DNA of 32,000 nucleotides from Nitrososphaera viennensis EN76 (GCF_000698785.1 NZ_CP007536.1:30001-62000), one strand, 5' to 3'; positions 1-9,442 are shown, counted from the stretch's first letter. Numbers and translations are program-made. The notes: generated from the letters alone by a model not told the origin.

Positions 1-2
1 TC

Positions 3-365
3 GGAGTCACAAGCGACGAGTTTGTAAAGGGCAGGAAAAAGATAAACCACGATTTTTCCCGGCGCGTCTCTAGCCTGAAAGAGATGATAAGAAAAGAGTT
101 TGGCGACAACGTCAGCTACGAGATTGCGAAGCTGGACAGCGAGTTTGGCCCTGCGGTCACGACGGGCGACGTGGGCGCGCTCGTGGCAAGCGCCGAGACG
201 CAGGAAAAAGGCACAAGGCTCAACGAGATAAGGAAGAAAAACGGCCTTGCGCCGGCGCAGGTAATCGCCGTCCCCCTCATCAAGGCAGAAGACGGAAAAC
301 CGATATCGTCTACCCGCATACGCGCAGGCGAGATTGACAGGAATGGCAGGTTGTTAAAAGCCTGA
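3..365 (+). CDS. coaD: Phosphopantetheine adenylyltransferase, archaeal type (5' end cut by window edge)
   Basis: Frame 3 is open from the window edge (GVTSDEFVKGRKK...) into the listed 84..365 ORF. GVTSDE and the C-terminal ISSTRIRAGEID match my recollection of archaeal cytidylyltransferase-fold PPAT. Confidence 0.6.
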   Translation, partial: GVTSDEFVKGRKKINHDFSRRVSSLKEMIRKEFGDNVSYEIAKLDSEFGPAVTTGDVGALVASAETQEKGTRLNEIRKKNGLAPAQVIAVPLIKAEDGKPISSTRIRAGEIDRNGRLLKA

Positions 366-385
366 CAGGGCAGGCTCAAACTTGT

Positions 386-766
386 TTGATTACCGGGATT
401 TTATCTGCATGCGGCACAGGATATAGCGTGTCACAGGAACCTCCGATAGAATATGCGGCAAGCAAGATAAACAGCACGGTCAAGAACCTGCGCGAAGGGC
501 TCGACCCGGACGTGCTTGCCTACTGGTTCAAGCGCATCGAAGACAAGTCAAAAGAACTGGTACCAGAGCACCTGAAGGACAAGGTGCACTTTGAGCAGGA
601 CAGGATATTGTGGATGAAGTTCAAGATGGACGTGTCAAAGAGGGCGGTGCCGACCGTGATGCAGGTTATCGAGGAATACATACCGATGATGCCCTACTCG
701 ACCGGCCTGTATTTCAGAAAGATACAGGAAATACTGACAGAGGAAATGAACAAGGACCTGCGCTAG
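386..766 (+). CDS. Hypothetical protein
   Basis: 126-codon ORF filling the gap between coaD and the next gene. It has a TTG start at 386, and an in-frame GTG at 428 is an alternative about 25 nt after an AT-rich 'gattttatc' element. I recognise no family. Confidence 0.45.
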   Translation: MITGILSACGTGYSVSQEPPIEYAASKINSTVKNLREGLDPDVLAYWFKRIEDKSKELVPEHLKDKVHFEQDRILWMKFKMDVSKRAVPTVMQVIEEYIPMMPYSTGLYFRKIQEILTEEMNKDLR

Positions 767-771
767 TCCTG

Positions 772-1074
772 CTAGTCCTCTTCTCCTTCTTCTTTTATTT
801 TTATTTCCGCGACCGCGCCTTCAAAGTCGCTGGAGAGAATGGCCGCTTTTCCTTTTGCGACGTCGCGCAGCAACGCCTCAAGTCTTGTGACGTTTTCCTT
901 GTCTCTCATGAGTACCGCGTGCGAGGATTTGTCCTTTAGTTTTATCACTATTTCATTCCCGATAACCGCTGTGATGCCATCGACATAGACTGTGCCGTCT
1001 TTTTGCACGGACACCAGGCCGGCAAGCTTCTCTGCCTCGTACCGGTCGTCGCAGGCGAATTTCAAGTGCTTCAT
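772..1074 (-). CDS. Hypothetical small protein, translationally coupled to trpS
   Basis: The track ORF 772..1221 overlaps the trpS 3' end. The internal ATG at 1074 overlaps the trpS TGA (1071-1073) as ATGA, giving MKHLKFACDDRYEAEKL... (100 aa) with an acidic tail. I recognise no family. Confidence 0.55.
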   Translation of the reverse strand: MKHLKFACDDRYEAEKLAGLVSVQKDGTVYVDGITAVIGNEIVIKLKDKSSHAVLMRDKENVTRLEALLRDVAKGKAAILSSDFEGAVAEIKIKEEGEED

Positions 1075-2243
1075 GGCTCTATCGGCTTTTCGTCGTACAT
1101 GAATTTTGCCACGACGTCTTTTGCTTTTTCGCGCCTCTTCTTGAACTCGACCACGAAAGGCTTGGCGCCCTTTGCCAGATCGGCCTTGCACTCGCCGCAC
1201 AGCAAGTTGCCGCTCTTGCATTTGAGCATCCTTTCGTCGGACTGCTTTTCCGTGTCAAAAAAGTAGCGCAGGTACCAGAACACCGGGCACCCTAGCGCGT
1301 TTGCGCCCAGCTGGCGCTGGAGTGCAACCGTGGGCTGGCCTCCCGTAAACGCAGACGACACCTTCTTTTCGACGACCTCCGGCTCGTCTGTCGTGAAAAT
1401 TGCCGTCTCTGGCCTGGACGACGACATCTTGCCCATCATGCCAAGGCCGGGCAGGAACTTGCTGTGCACCTGGGCAGGCTTGTAGTAGCCCATCCTGTCG
1501 GCAACGTCGCGGGTCATGCGCCAGTACGGGTCTTGATCGATGGCTGCAGGGATGAGCACCGGCGTATTCTTGCCCTCGATGATTGAGGGAAGGAAGCACG
1601 GCGCCGCCTGTATCGGCGGAAAGCCAATCATGCCGATGTTCGTGGAATTGGTAAAGCCAAAGACCGCCTTGGCTGTCGAAAACGTGATGCGCTTGGCAAT
1701 CTCTGTCGCTATCGGGTACAGGTGCTCGATGTGCTTTGTGTCGACGATTATCCTTGTCTTTTTCGGGTCAAAGCCGATGGCGATGATGTCAAGTATGTTT
1801 TCGTACGTGTAGCGTCTTGTCTCTTCTCGCGTCCTGTCCTGCCCGTAGAGGAACTTTTCGTCGTCTGTCAGTTGAAAGAGCAGTTTTGCGTCAAACTTGT
1901 CCTGCAGGTATTTCGTGAACATCCACGGCATCAGGTGGCCCATGTGGACCATGCCTGACGGGCCCCTGCCCGTGTACAGATAGAAATTCTCGCCCTTTTC
2001 CTTTTTGTCAAGCACCCAGTCAAAGTCGCGGTGCGAGAAAAAGTAGCCCAGCTTTAACATTGGATGTATTTCGCCGGTCATGCTCTTGACTTTCTGCAAG
2101 AGCTCTTGGGTTATCGGCTGCGTGCCGAATTTCTCGATGAGCCGGCCATAGTCGACCTCGCCTTCAACCTCCCACGGGGTGACTGTAAAGTCGTTGTTGT
2201 TGCTGCTCTTTTCTGCTGCTCCGTCGTCCGCGGGCAAAGACAT
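1071..2243 (-). CDS. trpS: Tryptophanyl-tRNA synthetase (class I, archaeal/eukaryotic type)
   Basis: 390 aa with a HIGH-like 'GMVHMGH' and a KMSKS-like 'GKMSSS'. The overall pattern is TrpRS-like (FTVTPWEVEGEVDY..., AIDQDPYWR). Confidence 0.9.
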   Translation of the reverse strand: MSLPADDGAAEKSSNNNDFTVTPWEVEGEVDYGRLIEKFGTQPITQELLQKVKSMTGEIHPMLKLGYFFSHRDFDWVLDKKEKGENFYLYTGRGPSGMVHMGHLMPWMFTKYLQDKFDAKLLFQLTDDEKFLYGQDRTREETRRYTYENILDIIAIGFDPKKTRIIVDTKHIEHLYPIATEIAKRITFSTAKAVFGFTNSTNIGMIGFPPIQAAPCFLPSIIEGKNTPVLIPAAIDQDPYWRMTRDVADRMGYYKPAQVHSKFLPGLGMMGKMSSSRPETAIFTTDEPEVVEKKVSSAFTGGQPTVALQRQLGANALGCPVFWYLRYFFDTEKQSDERMLKCKSGNLLCGECKADLAKGAKPFVVEFKKRREKAKDVVAKFMYDEKPIEP

Positions 2244-2272
2244 ACGATGATCAAAAAGACACCGCGCTAACG

Positions 2273-2280
2273 TTTAAAAA
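2273..2280. promoter_or_regulatory. Single shared TATA element (TTTAAAAA) for divergent trpS and pheS
   Basis: This is the only AT-rich element in the 63 bp trpS/pheS intergenic region. There are 29 nt between it and the trpS ATG (2243) and 26 nt between it and the pheS ATG (2307). Confidence 0.6.
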
Positions 2281-2306
2281 CTCTTCCCACCTGACAACCC
2301 TGAACA

Positions 2307-3800
2307 ATGAGTAGCGACGCTGCGGCGCTCCACCCGATTGAACGGGCGATACTAAAGGTGCTTTCCGGTGGGCAAGAAATGTCGACTGAAAAACTTGCCG
2401 AGGCCGCGTCGCTTTCAATCGACCAGGCAAGGCGCGGAGTCGAGTGGCTAAAGTTCAAGAACCTTGTCTCGGTAAGCGAGCTTTCGACTTTTACAGTTTC
2501 ACTTGACGCGGCAGGGACGAGGGCTGCACAGTCGGGCCTGCCGGAAAGAAGGCTTGTCCGGGCCATCAAGGAAGGCAAGACGACTATGGCAGACGTCCTG
2601 ACGTCGGGCGCGCTCAAGGGCGAGGAGGTGAACGCGGCCGTGTCAGGCGCAAGGCGCAACCAGTGGATCCAGTTTGCAGAAGGCAACAGGATGTCCGCAA
2701 CAGAAGCCGCAGAAGCCCAGTCGGCAGAAGAAGTATTGCTTTTGCGCCTGCAGTCAGGAGGAAGCGTCGATTCTTCTGCGTTGTCAGAGCAGGAAAAAAA
2801 GGGCCTGGACCTCTTGAAAAAGCGCCCCAATTACATCACAGCCAAGGAGCAGAAGGAGACGCGCGTTTCAATCACGGAGTCAGGCAGGGCTCTCTTGCCG
2901 GCCATCGAAAACGAAAAAGCACTAGAGCGCAGGCTGACTTCGGAACTCATCACTTCAGGAAAATGGAAAGGTGTAGAGTTCAGCGCGCTCGATGTTGAAG
3001 CGCCTGCGCCGGCAGTGTACCCGGGAAGGAGCCACCCGCTTGTCGACATCATCGAAGAGGTAAAAGAGATCTTTGTCGGCCTCGGCTTTTCAGAGATAGA
3101 CGGCCCGATGGTTCAATCAGGATTCTGGAACTTTGACGCGCTCTTTACGCCGCAGGACCACCCTGCAAGGGAAATGCAGGACACGTTCTATATTTCCGGC
3201 GAGAGGCAGGCAATCCCTGCAGGAAAGGAACAGATTGCAAAAGTGTCAGGCGTACACAAGTCAGGGTGGGGCGGCTGGAAGCCAGAGGAGGCCGAGCGCG
3301 TGGTGCTCCGTACCCATACCACGCCAGTCACGCTCCAGCACCTTGCAAAGAAAAAGCCAGAGGTTGCGCGGTTCTTTTCAGTTGGCAGGGTGTTCCGAAA
3401 CGAAAAGGTGTCGTACAAGCACCTTGTCGAGTTCCACCAGGTGGAAGGTGTCGCTACGGCGCCAAAGGCGTCGCTTCGCGACCTCATGGGACTGCAAAAA
3501 GAGTTCTATGCAAGGATGGGCATAAAGAAGGTCAAGTTCTGGCCGACGTTCTTTCCCTACACCGAGCCGTCGCTCCAGAGCATGGTCTACAACGACAGGC
3601 TGCAAAAATGGGTCGAGCTGTTTGGCATGGGGATATTCAGGCCGGAAGTGACAAGGCCGCTTGGAATCAAAAATCCGGTGCTTGCGTGGGGCGGCGGCCT
3701 TGAGAGGATCGCGATGCTGCGCTTTGGACTGGACGACGTGCGCGACCTTTACACCAACAGGGTTTCGTGGCTCAGGAGCGTGCCAAGATGCCAGTTGTAA
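2307..3800 (+). CDS. pheS: Phenylalanyl-tRNA synthetase alpha subunit
   Basis: 497 aa with an N-terminal winged-helix-like region and a class II core (LRTHTT, FRNE, GFGLERI-like 'GGGLERIAMLRFG'). Confidence 0.9.
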   Translation: MSSDAAALHPIERAILKVLSGGQEMSTEKLAEAASLSIDQARRGVEWLKFKNLVSVSELSTFTVSLDAAGTRAAQSGLPERRLVRAIKEGKTTMADVLTSGALKGEEVNAAVSGARRNQWIQFAEGNRMSATEAAEAQSAEEVLLLRLQSGGSVDSSALSEQEKKGLDLLKKRPNYITAKEQKETRVSITESGRALLPAIENEKALERRLTSELITSGKWKGVEFSALDVEAPAPAVYPGRSHPLVDIIEEVKEIFVGLGFSEIDGPMVQSGFWNFDALFTPQDHPAREMQDTFYISGERQAIPAGKEQIAKVSGVHKSGWGGWKPEEAERVVLRTHTTPVTLQHLAKKKPEVARFFSVGRVFRNEKVSYKHLVEFHQVEGVATAPKASLRDLMGLQKEFYARMGIKKVKFWPTFFPYTEPSLQSMVYNDRLQKWVELFGMGIFRPEVTRPLGIKNPVLAWGGGLERIAMLRFGLDDVRDLYTNRVSWLRSVPRCQL

Positions 3801-5455
3801 ACGTCACGCTTGACAGGTTGAAAAAATTCCTGCCCGGCGTCAAGGTAGAAAAGGCACTCGACATGCTGCCGTTTGTCGGCCTCGACATCGAAGGCATTGA
3901 CGGCAACGTCGTAAGGGTGGAGTACAACCCTAACAGGCCCGATTTTTCGTCAGACTATGGGATTGCAAGGGCGCTTGCAGGACTTGTCGACAAGGAGGCA
4001 GGGATGCCCAAATTCAGGCTGTCAGGCAAGAGTGGCCTTGTAGTCAAGGTAGACAGGTCGGTCAAGAAGGTCAGGCCGTTTGTAGTAGCGCTTGTCGCAA
4101 AAAACGGCAGGCTGGACGATGAGACGATAAAGCAGTTGATAGCGATGCAGGAAGACCTGCACAACGGAGTCGGCAGGCGCAGGAAAAAGGCGTCGATAGG
4201 CATGCACAACCTTGACGCGATAAAGTTCCCGGTGAAATACACTACCGCAAATGGTGACTATGCCTTCGTGCCACTTGGAGGCTCAAAAGAGCAGACTGTT
4301 GAGCAGATACTGCAAGAAACAGAGACAGGCAGGGCGTATGGACACTTGCTTTTCGGCACTGAGAAATATCCAGTCATAGTCGACAGCGCAGGGACGACGC
4401 TTTCGCTTCCGCCAATCATCAACGGCGAAGCGACCAAGGTGGACGAAAGATGCAGAAACCTGTTTGTCGAGGTTACTGCCACCGACAAAAAGGCTGCCGA
4501 CGACACGCTTGCAGTGATCGCAGTCACGCTCTTTGACGCAGGATTCCAGATAAAGACTGTCACGATAGCTGATGATAACAAGAAGACAGAGACGCCGGAT
4601 GCTGCAACAAGGAAAATGTCTGTCGATGCAGGGTACATAAACGACATCCTCGGCATGAACCTGACTGCAAAAGAGATTGCAGAGTGCCTGAAAAAAAGCA
4701 GGCTGGACGCCAAGGCGACTGGAAATAGCAAGATAATAACATGCACGGTCCCGCGCTACAGGACCGACATCACCCACGAAATAGACCTTGCAGAGGAAGT
4801 CGCAATAGGCTACGGCGTCTACAGGATGGAGCCGAATTTCCCCGTGTCGCCGACATCGGGCCAGCGCTCGGCGCTTTCGTCGTACTTTGCCGCCATCAGG
4901 CAGGCGATGACCGGCCTTGGCATGCTTGAATCGCTCAACTTTTCGCTCACAAGCAGGGAAGTTCAGTATTCGCTTTGCGGAAGGCCGGAAAACAAGGACG
5001 ATGTTCTTGCGGTTGATGGCACAAAGAGCATAGAGCACGAGGTGCTGAGAAGTTCGCTCGTCCCGTCGCTCTTGCAGTCGCTTTCCCGGAACGTGCACGA
5101 GGAATACCCGCAGCGTCTGTTTGAGATAGGCAAGACCTTCCACAGGCAGGACGCCGGCGGCAAGATAGCCGAGAGATGGCAGGCCGCCGCAGTCGTTGCG
5201 CACGGCGAGGCCGGCTATACCGAGATAAAATCGGCCATGCAGGCGCTCTTTTTGTCAGGGTTTGGCATGTCTGCAGCTACAAAGGCGTCTAGCGACCCGC
5301 TGTACATCAAGGGCAGGTGCGCCAGGGTGATGACAGCGTCCGGCAAGGATGTCGGCACCATAGGCGAAATCACGCCGCTTGCAATCGACAACTTTAATCT
5401 GCGCGTGCCCGTGGCGGCGTTTGAGATAGACCTGTCCGCACTTTTGTCGCTCTAA
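3788..5455 (+). CDS. pheT: Phenylalanyl-tRNA synthetase beta subunit
   Basis: The canonical archaeal PheT N-terminus MPVVNVTLDRL starts at ATG 3788 and overlaps the pheS end by 13 nt. The track ORF begins 21 nt earlier, at 3767. Confidence 0.88.
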   Translation: MPVVNVTLDRLKKFLPGVKVEKALDMLPFVGLDIEGIDGNVVRVEYNPNRPDFSSDYGIARALAGLVDKEAGMPKFRLSGKSGLVVKVDRSVKKVRPFVVALVAKNGRLDDETIKQLIAMQEDLHNGVGRRRKKASIGMHNLDAIKFPVKYTTANGDYAFVPLGGSKEQTVEQILQETETGRAYGHLLFGTEKYPVIVDSAGTTLSLPPIINGEATKVDERCRNLFVEVTATDKKAADDTLAVIAVTLFDAGFQIKTVTIADDNKKTETPDAATRKMSVDAGYINDILGMNLTAKEIAECLKKSRLDAKATGNSKIITCTVPRYRTDITHEIDLAEEVAIGYGVYRMEPNFPVSPTSGQRSALSSYFAAIRQAMTGLGMLESLNFSLTSREVQYSLCGRPENKDDVLAVDGTKSIEHEVLRSSLVPSLLQSLSRNVHEEYPQRLFEIGKTFHRQDAGGKIAERWQAAAVVAHGEAGYTEIKSAMQALFLSGFGMSAATKASSDPLYIKGRCARVMTASGKDVGTIGEITPLAIDNFNLRVPVAAFEIDLSALLSL

Positions 5456-5536
5456 GAAAGCCACAAATACCTACGCGTGCCCATTCTATTGTACACCCCG
5501 TTTAAAGAGCACGCAGAGGAGTCAAACGGCTAACCC

Positions 5537-6658
5537 ATGAGCGCGTGTGAGTCAGAGACGGGGCACACACCTTTTTATAACGAAACTGGCCACATCTGGC
5601 CATACAAAATGTCGCAGCAGGACTCCCAGAAAAACGATGCCGCCGAGAAAAAAAAGCCAAAGGCAGTAGCGCTCCTTTCAGGAGGGCTTGACAGCAGCCT
5701 CGCAGTGAGGATGATGCTGGAGCAGGGAGTCGACGTCGAGGCGGTGGCGATAAAGACGCCGTTCTGCGACTTTGACTGCGGCAAGGGCTGCGGCCACAGG
5801 GTAAAGGAGGTGGCCGACGAGCTTGGCGTGAAACTAAAGACGGTGTATTTTGGCGAGGACTACCTCCGCATGCTCAAAAAACCCAAGCACGGCTACGGCT
5901 CTGGCATGAACCCGTGCATCGACTGCAGGGAAATGATGTATGGCGCGGCCAAGGAGCACATGGAAAAGACCGGCGCCGACTTTGTAGTCACGGGCGAAGT
6001 GCTGTTCCAGCGCCCCATGAGCCAAAATAATAGAGCATTGCACATCATTGAAAATGAGACGGGCCTTGAGGGCAAGGTGCTGAGGCCGCTGTCGGCAAAG
6101 CACCTCCCGCCGACAGACGCCGAGAAGGAGGGCCTGATAAAGCGCGAGAACATGGGCGACATCAAGGGCAGGTCCAGAAAGGGCCAGCTGGCCCTTGCCA
6201 AGCACTTTGGCGTGCAAGAGCCGCCAAACGCCGCCGGCGGCTGCCTGCTAACCGACCCTGCGTTTTCAAAGCGCGTCGAGGACGCAATGGAGCACGCAGA
6301 CGACATCCCTTCGATAAACGATATTGAGCTTTTAAAGGTCGGGCGCCACTTCCGCCTGACGCCAGCAGAAAAGCTGGTAGTCGGCAGGAACAAGGACGAA
6401 AACGAGGTCATAAAGGCGCTCGTCGAGGACACCGACGTCGTCCTGGAAGCCAGGGACCACGTCGGCCCGACCTGCATACTGCGCGGAAAAAGCCATGACA
6501 AAGCCACTATCGCAAAAGCTGCCGGAATCGTCCTGCGCTACTCTGACGCTCCGAAGGATGAAGCATCCAAGATCAAAATAACGATAGCAGGCAAAGAAGA
6601 GCAAGAGCTCGAAGTGGTGCCGGCAGGCGTCCCCGAGACCGATGCCCTGCGCATCTAG
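5537..6658 (+). CDS. PP-loop ATPase, putative tRNA sulfurtransferase (ThiI/MnmA-like, no THUMP domain)
   Basis: PP-loop 'LSGGLDSS', 'NPCIDC' and ThiI-like 'TGEVLFQRPMSQ'. An alternative start is ATG 5609 (MSQQDSQK...). Each candidate start has its own TATA-like element about 29 nt upstream (5501-5508 and 5572-5579). Confidence 0.6.
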   Translation: MSACESETGHTPFYNETGHIWPYKMSQQDSQKNDAAEKKKPKAVALLSGGLDSSLAVRMMLEQGVDVEAVAIKTPFCDFDCGKGCGHRVKEVADELGVKLKTVYFGEDYLRMLKKPKHGYGSGMNPCIDCREMMYGAAKEHMEKTGADFVVTGEVLFQRPMSQNNRALHIIENETGLEGKVLRPLSAKHLPPTDAEKEGLIKRENMGDIKGRSRKGQLALAKHFGVQEPPNAAGGCLLTDPAFSKRVEDAMEHADDIPSINDIELLKVGRHFRLTPAEKLVVGRNKDENEVIKALVEDTDVVLEARDHVGPTCILRGKSHDKATIAKAAGIVLRYSDAPKDEASKIKITIAGKEEQELEVVPAGVPETDALRI

Positions 6659-6663
6659 CCCCA

Positions 6664-6669
6664 TTTTTT
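6664..6669 (+). terminator. Oligo-T tract after the PP-loop gene
   Basis: A T6 run sits 6 nt after the TAG at 6656-6658. Archaeal terminators are typically oligo-T tracts. Confidence 0.4.
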
Positions 6670-6789
6670 GTCCTGAATCGGGCAGAACCCTGTCTTTCCC
6701 GCATCCGAAGTTAAAATCAACAATCCGGTGAACGACTTTTGACCAACTAGACTATTGAGAGCGAGCTCGAATTTTTCTCTGCAACTCAA

Positions 6790-7083
6790 GTGACGGACAG
6801 GCCAACCACTACTCAAAAGGCGCCAGTCTACCTTAAAGCGCTGACCCTACGAGACGTCTCAGACGCCCAGGGAGTGAAGGAGGACATCAAAAAGCACATG
6901 ATAGTCATCCTTAGAGTGACCCCCCTTGCGCAAAAGGACGTCGAGGAGCTGCGCAAGGTGGTAGAAGAACTGTACTCCTATGCGCAGTCGGTCGGAGGCG
7001 ACATTGCAAGGCTGGGCGAGGAGCGCATCGTCATAACACCCCCTGGCGTCAAGATATGGCGGGGCGCGTACGACCTAAAGTAG
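6790..7083 (+). CDS. SepF-like / DUF552-like small protein
   Basis: 97 aa with a GTG start. The pattern VYLKALTLRDVSDAQGVKEDIKKHMIVILRV...GGDIARLGEERIVITPPGVKI resembles the SepF/DUF552 fold signature as I recall it. Confidence 0.5.
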   Translation: MTDRPTTTQKAPVYLKALTLRDVSDAQGVKEDIKKHMIVILRVTPLAQKDVEELRKVVEELYSYAQSVGGDIARLGEERIVITPPGVKIWRGAYDLK

Positions 7084-8961
7084 CTTTACCGCTTCCTGCA
7101 CTAGCGGGTGCTGCGTCTGTATCTTGAATATCTTGTTTATCTGGCTTGCCAGGTTCTGCGCCTTGGGCCTCTCGCCGTGGTTTACAAGCACCCTGCGGAG
7201 CTTGGGCCGGAGCCTGCTGACGTAGGCCATCAGCTGGTTGTAGTCGCTGTGGCTTGCAAAGCCGTCGATGCGGTCCACCTCGCAGCGCACGTTTACAGTT
7301 TCGCCGTTTACGGTCACCTGGCGGCTGCCGTCAAGCAAAAGCCTGCCGGGTGTGTCTAGCGCCTGGTACGACACCAGTATCACCTTGCTCGTCTGGTCGG
7401 AGGCGATCTGCTTCAGGTAGCCCGCCGACGGCCCGCCGGCAAGCATTGACGACGGCGCAAGTATCACCGCCGGCTCGCCCTGCTTTGTCTCAAACGACTC
7501 GACCGTCGAAAACTGCGAGCCAAAGAAGGGGCTCTCCTCAGACTCGCTTATGCGCGGACGGAGGTCGCGTGACAGGAACTCTGGGTAAGCCTCGTGGATG
7601 GCAGTGGCGTCAGAGATTATCTTTTCAACCAGCACCGGCACGTTTGTTATCCTGCTTGCCCTGCTCAGGAGGTCCAGCGTGAGCAACAGCTCCTGCGCGA
7701 TTCCTGCCGCCGGGACCGGTATCAGCACGCGCCCGCCGGCGTGCGCGGCAGACGTTATCATTCGGGCGAGGTTTGCCTCGGCCTCTTCGCGTGGGCACAG
7801 TACGTCCTCCTTGCCCCCGTACGTGCTTTCGATTATCATCGTCTCGACGCGTGGAAAGTTCCAGTAGGCGTTGTCAAGCGCAAGCGTCTTGCCAAACTTC
7901 ATGTCGCCGGTGTAGACCAGGTTGTGGTCGCCGTTTCCGATGTGCAGGTGCGCCGAGACGGAGCCGAGCATGTGGCCCGAGTTTGACAATACGAGTTTGA
8001 TGTCAGGAGAGATGTCCGTCACGATGCCGTGCGTGAGCGGTATCGTGTGCACGAGGGCGCGCTCGATGTCCCTTTCCGAGTAGAGCGGGGCTTTCGTCCT
8101 CCGGACATAGTCCTGCTGCAGAATCTCCATAAGAAGCATCGTCGGCTCGGTGCAGTAGACCGGCCCGGCGTAGCCGTACTTGAAGAGCGCGGGGACAAAG
8201 CCTGCATGGTCCATGTGCGCGTGGCTCAGCACGACTGCGTCGATCTCGTCCATGCCGATGCCGGCGACGTCAAACCTCGGAAGGGCCAAAAGCGAGTCGC
8301 GGGCGCTCTCGTTTATGCCGCAGTCAAGCAGTATCTTGCTCTCCTGCGTCGCAAGCAGCATGCACGACCTACCAATTTCGGCAAAGCCGCCGAGCGTCAT
8401 CAGGCTTGCTTCCGCTTCTCCGATCAGCTTGTCGCGGAATATCTTGTCGCCCACTTCTCTGTAGAACCGGGTGCGCTCGGCGACCGTCTCGCCCATCAAT
8501 CTGTAAATATTTTCAATCGCGGCCATGCTGCGTGGAGCCTTTCTGATCCTGACGCGCCAGCCCGTCTTTTCTGCAAGGTCGATGTTGTCAAAGTCCTCTC
8601 CGGTCTGCGCAAGCATCCAGGGCTTTTTGGCAAACACGACAGCCTCGCCAAGCACCGGATCGAAGAACGTGCCGGCGACTCCCACCTCCGCGGGTATCGA
8701 TCTTGATATTATCTCCGCGGACTGGGCCTGCGGCTTGCGTATAGACTCGTCGGTGCGCACCACGATGCGCTTTTTTATCGTGTTGACCATGTTGGAGACG
8801 ACCTGGCTGTTCTGCATCAGGTACGCCGGGTTCCTTGAGTAAAGGGCAATTTTTGGCCCCTCGTACTCTATCTTTGTGAGCGCGGCCTCTTGCGGCAGAC
8901 TCTGCAGTATCACTGCCATTATGTTCTGGCTGCCCTGTTCGCTTTGTGGCCTACGCTGCAT
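7075..8961 (-). CDS. fttA: aCPSF1 / FttA, KH-domain beta-CASP metallo-beta-lactamase ribonuclease (transcription termination factor)
   Basis: 628 aa with an N-terminal KH-like region, the metallo-beta-lactamase motif 'HAHMDHAG', and downstream beta-CASP-sized His/Asp motifs (GHMLGS, ESTYG, HGE). Confidence 0.88.
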   Translation of the reverse strand: MQRRPQSEQGSQNIMAVILQSLPQEAALTKIEYEGPKIALYSRNPAYLMQNSQVVSNMVNTIKKRIVVRTDESIRKPQAQSAEIISRSIPAEVGVAGTFFDPVLGEAVVFAKKPWMLAQTGEDFDNIDLAEKTGWRVRIRKAPRSMAAIENIYRLMGETVAERTRFYREVGDKIFRDKLIGEAEASLMTLGGFAEIGRSCMLLATQESKILLDCGINESARDSLLALPRFDVAGIGMDEIDAVVLSHAHMDHAGFVPALFKYGYAGPVYCTEPTMLLMEILQQDYVRRTKAPLYSERDIERALVHTIPLTHGIVTDISPDIKLVLSNSGHMLGSVSAHLHIGNGDHNLVYTGDMKFGKTLALDNAYWNFPRVETMIIESTYGGKEDVLCPREEAEANLARMITSAAHAGGRVLIPVPAAGIAQELLLTLDLLSRASRITNVPVLVEKIISDATAIHEAYPEFLSRDLRPRISESEESPFFGSQFSTVESFETKQGEPAVILAPSSMLAGGPSAGYLKQIASDQTSKVILVSYQALDTPGRLLLDGSRQVTVNGETVNVRCEVDRIDGFASHSDYNQLMAYVSRLRPKLRRVLVNHGERPKAQNLASQINKIFKIQTQHPLVQEAVKLL

Positions 8962-9114
8962 TAACGCAATCTCACTAATTCATCATGCGCGAGCATCAAA
9001 AAAGACGCCGGCTGAATGTATGTGTGCTGCTGGTAGTGCACCGCCCGTATTAAATATTTGGCCAAAGTTGAAATATCTATATCAACCTGCCATACCCTAC
9101 AGGCGACACATCGA

Positions 9115-9432
9115 TTGGAAGGCACCAGCAGTTCCTCCTCTGGCTCCCGCGGCCCAAGGCGCTTTGGAGGCCCCCGGCCGTTCCGGCTTGCGCCTGTGAG
9201 CGTCGGCCAGGAATACGACGTGACGATAGAGTCGATGAGCAGGAGGGGCGACAGCGGGGTCGCCAAGATTCAGGGACTGGTGGTGTTTGTGGCAGGCGCC
9301 AGGGTGGGCGATTCAGTGAGGATAAGGATAACCAAGGTGGGAAGCGGCTTTGCGACCGCGGAAATCGCAGACAGCATCGAGTCGCTTTCCCCGGACGCCG
9401 AGACCGAGACCTCGGCCGACAGCGACGAGTGA
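9115..9432 (+). CDS. TRAM-domain RNA-binding protein
   Basis: TRAM core VGQEYDVTIESMSRRGDSGVAKIQGLVVFVAGARVGDSVRIRITKV, preceded by a Gly/Arg/Ser-rich N-terminus and followed by an acidic tail. The start is uncertain. TTG 9115 lies about 30 nt after the AT-rich 'atatctatatc', whereas the track uses TTG 9058. Confidence 0.7.
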   Translation: MEGTSSSSSGSRGPRRFGGPRPFRLAPVSVGQEYDVTIESMSRRGDSGVAKIQGLVVFVAGARVGDSVRIRITKVGSGFATAEIADSIESLSPDAETETSADSDE

Positions 9433-9442
9433 GCATGCGAAC

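Noticed and set aside
1075-1221. N-terminal extension of ORF 772..1221 (Arg/Lys-rich).
   Set aside because: It overlaps the trpS 3' coding region on the same strand in another frame. The ATG at 1074 forms an ATGA overlap with the trpS stop and gives a sensible protein.
4283-5203. 306-aa ORF antisense to pheT. Similar long antisense ORFs occur at 8029..8706, 10007..10633, 11226..11885, 16104..17057, 17855..18748, 18858..19583, 20815..21321, 21719..22303, 27428..28006, 28432..29085 and 29965..30648.
   Set aside because: Each lies entirely opposite a gene with clear family motifs. Their translations are Arg/Pro/Cys/Gly-rich and low in complexity, which is typical of stop-poor antisense frames in GC-rich coding DNA. 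None has a recognisable domain or promoter geometry.
8962-9000. Possible C/D-box sRNA: AUGAUGA (a C-box-like sequence) on the minus strand just upstream of fttA.
   Set aside because: I found no D box (CUGA) or C'/D' pair at the expected spacing, and the downstream sequence is the fttA coding region. The match is most likely chance, inside the fttA promoter/5' region.
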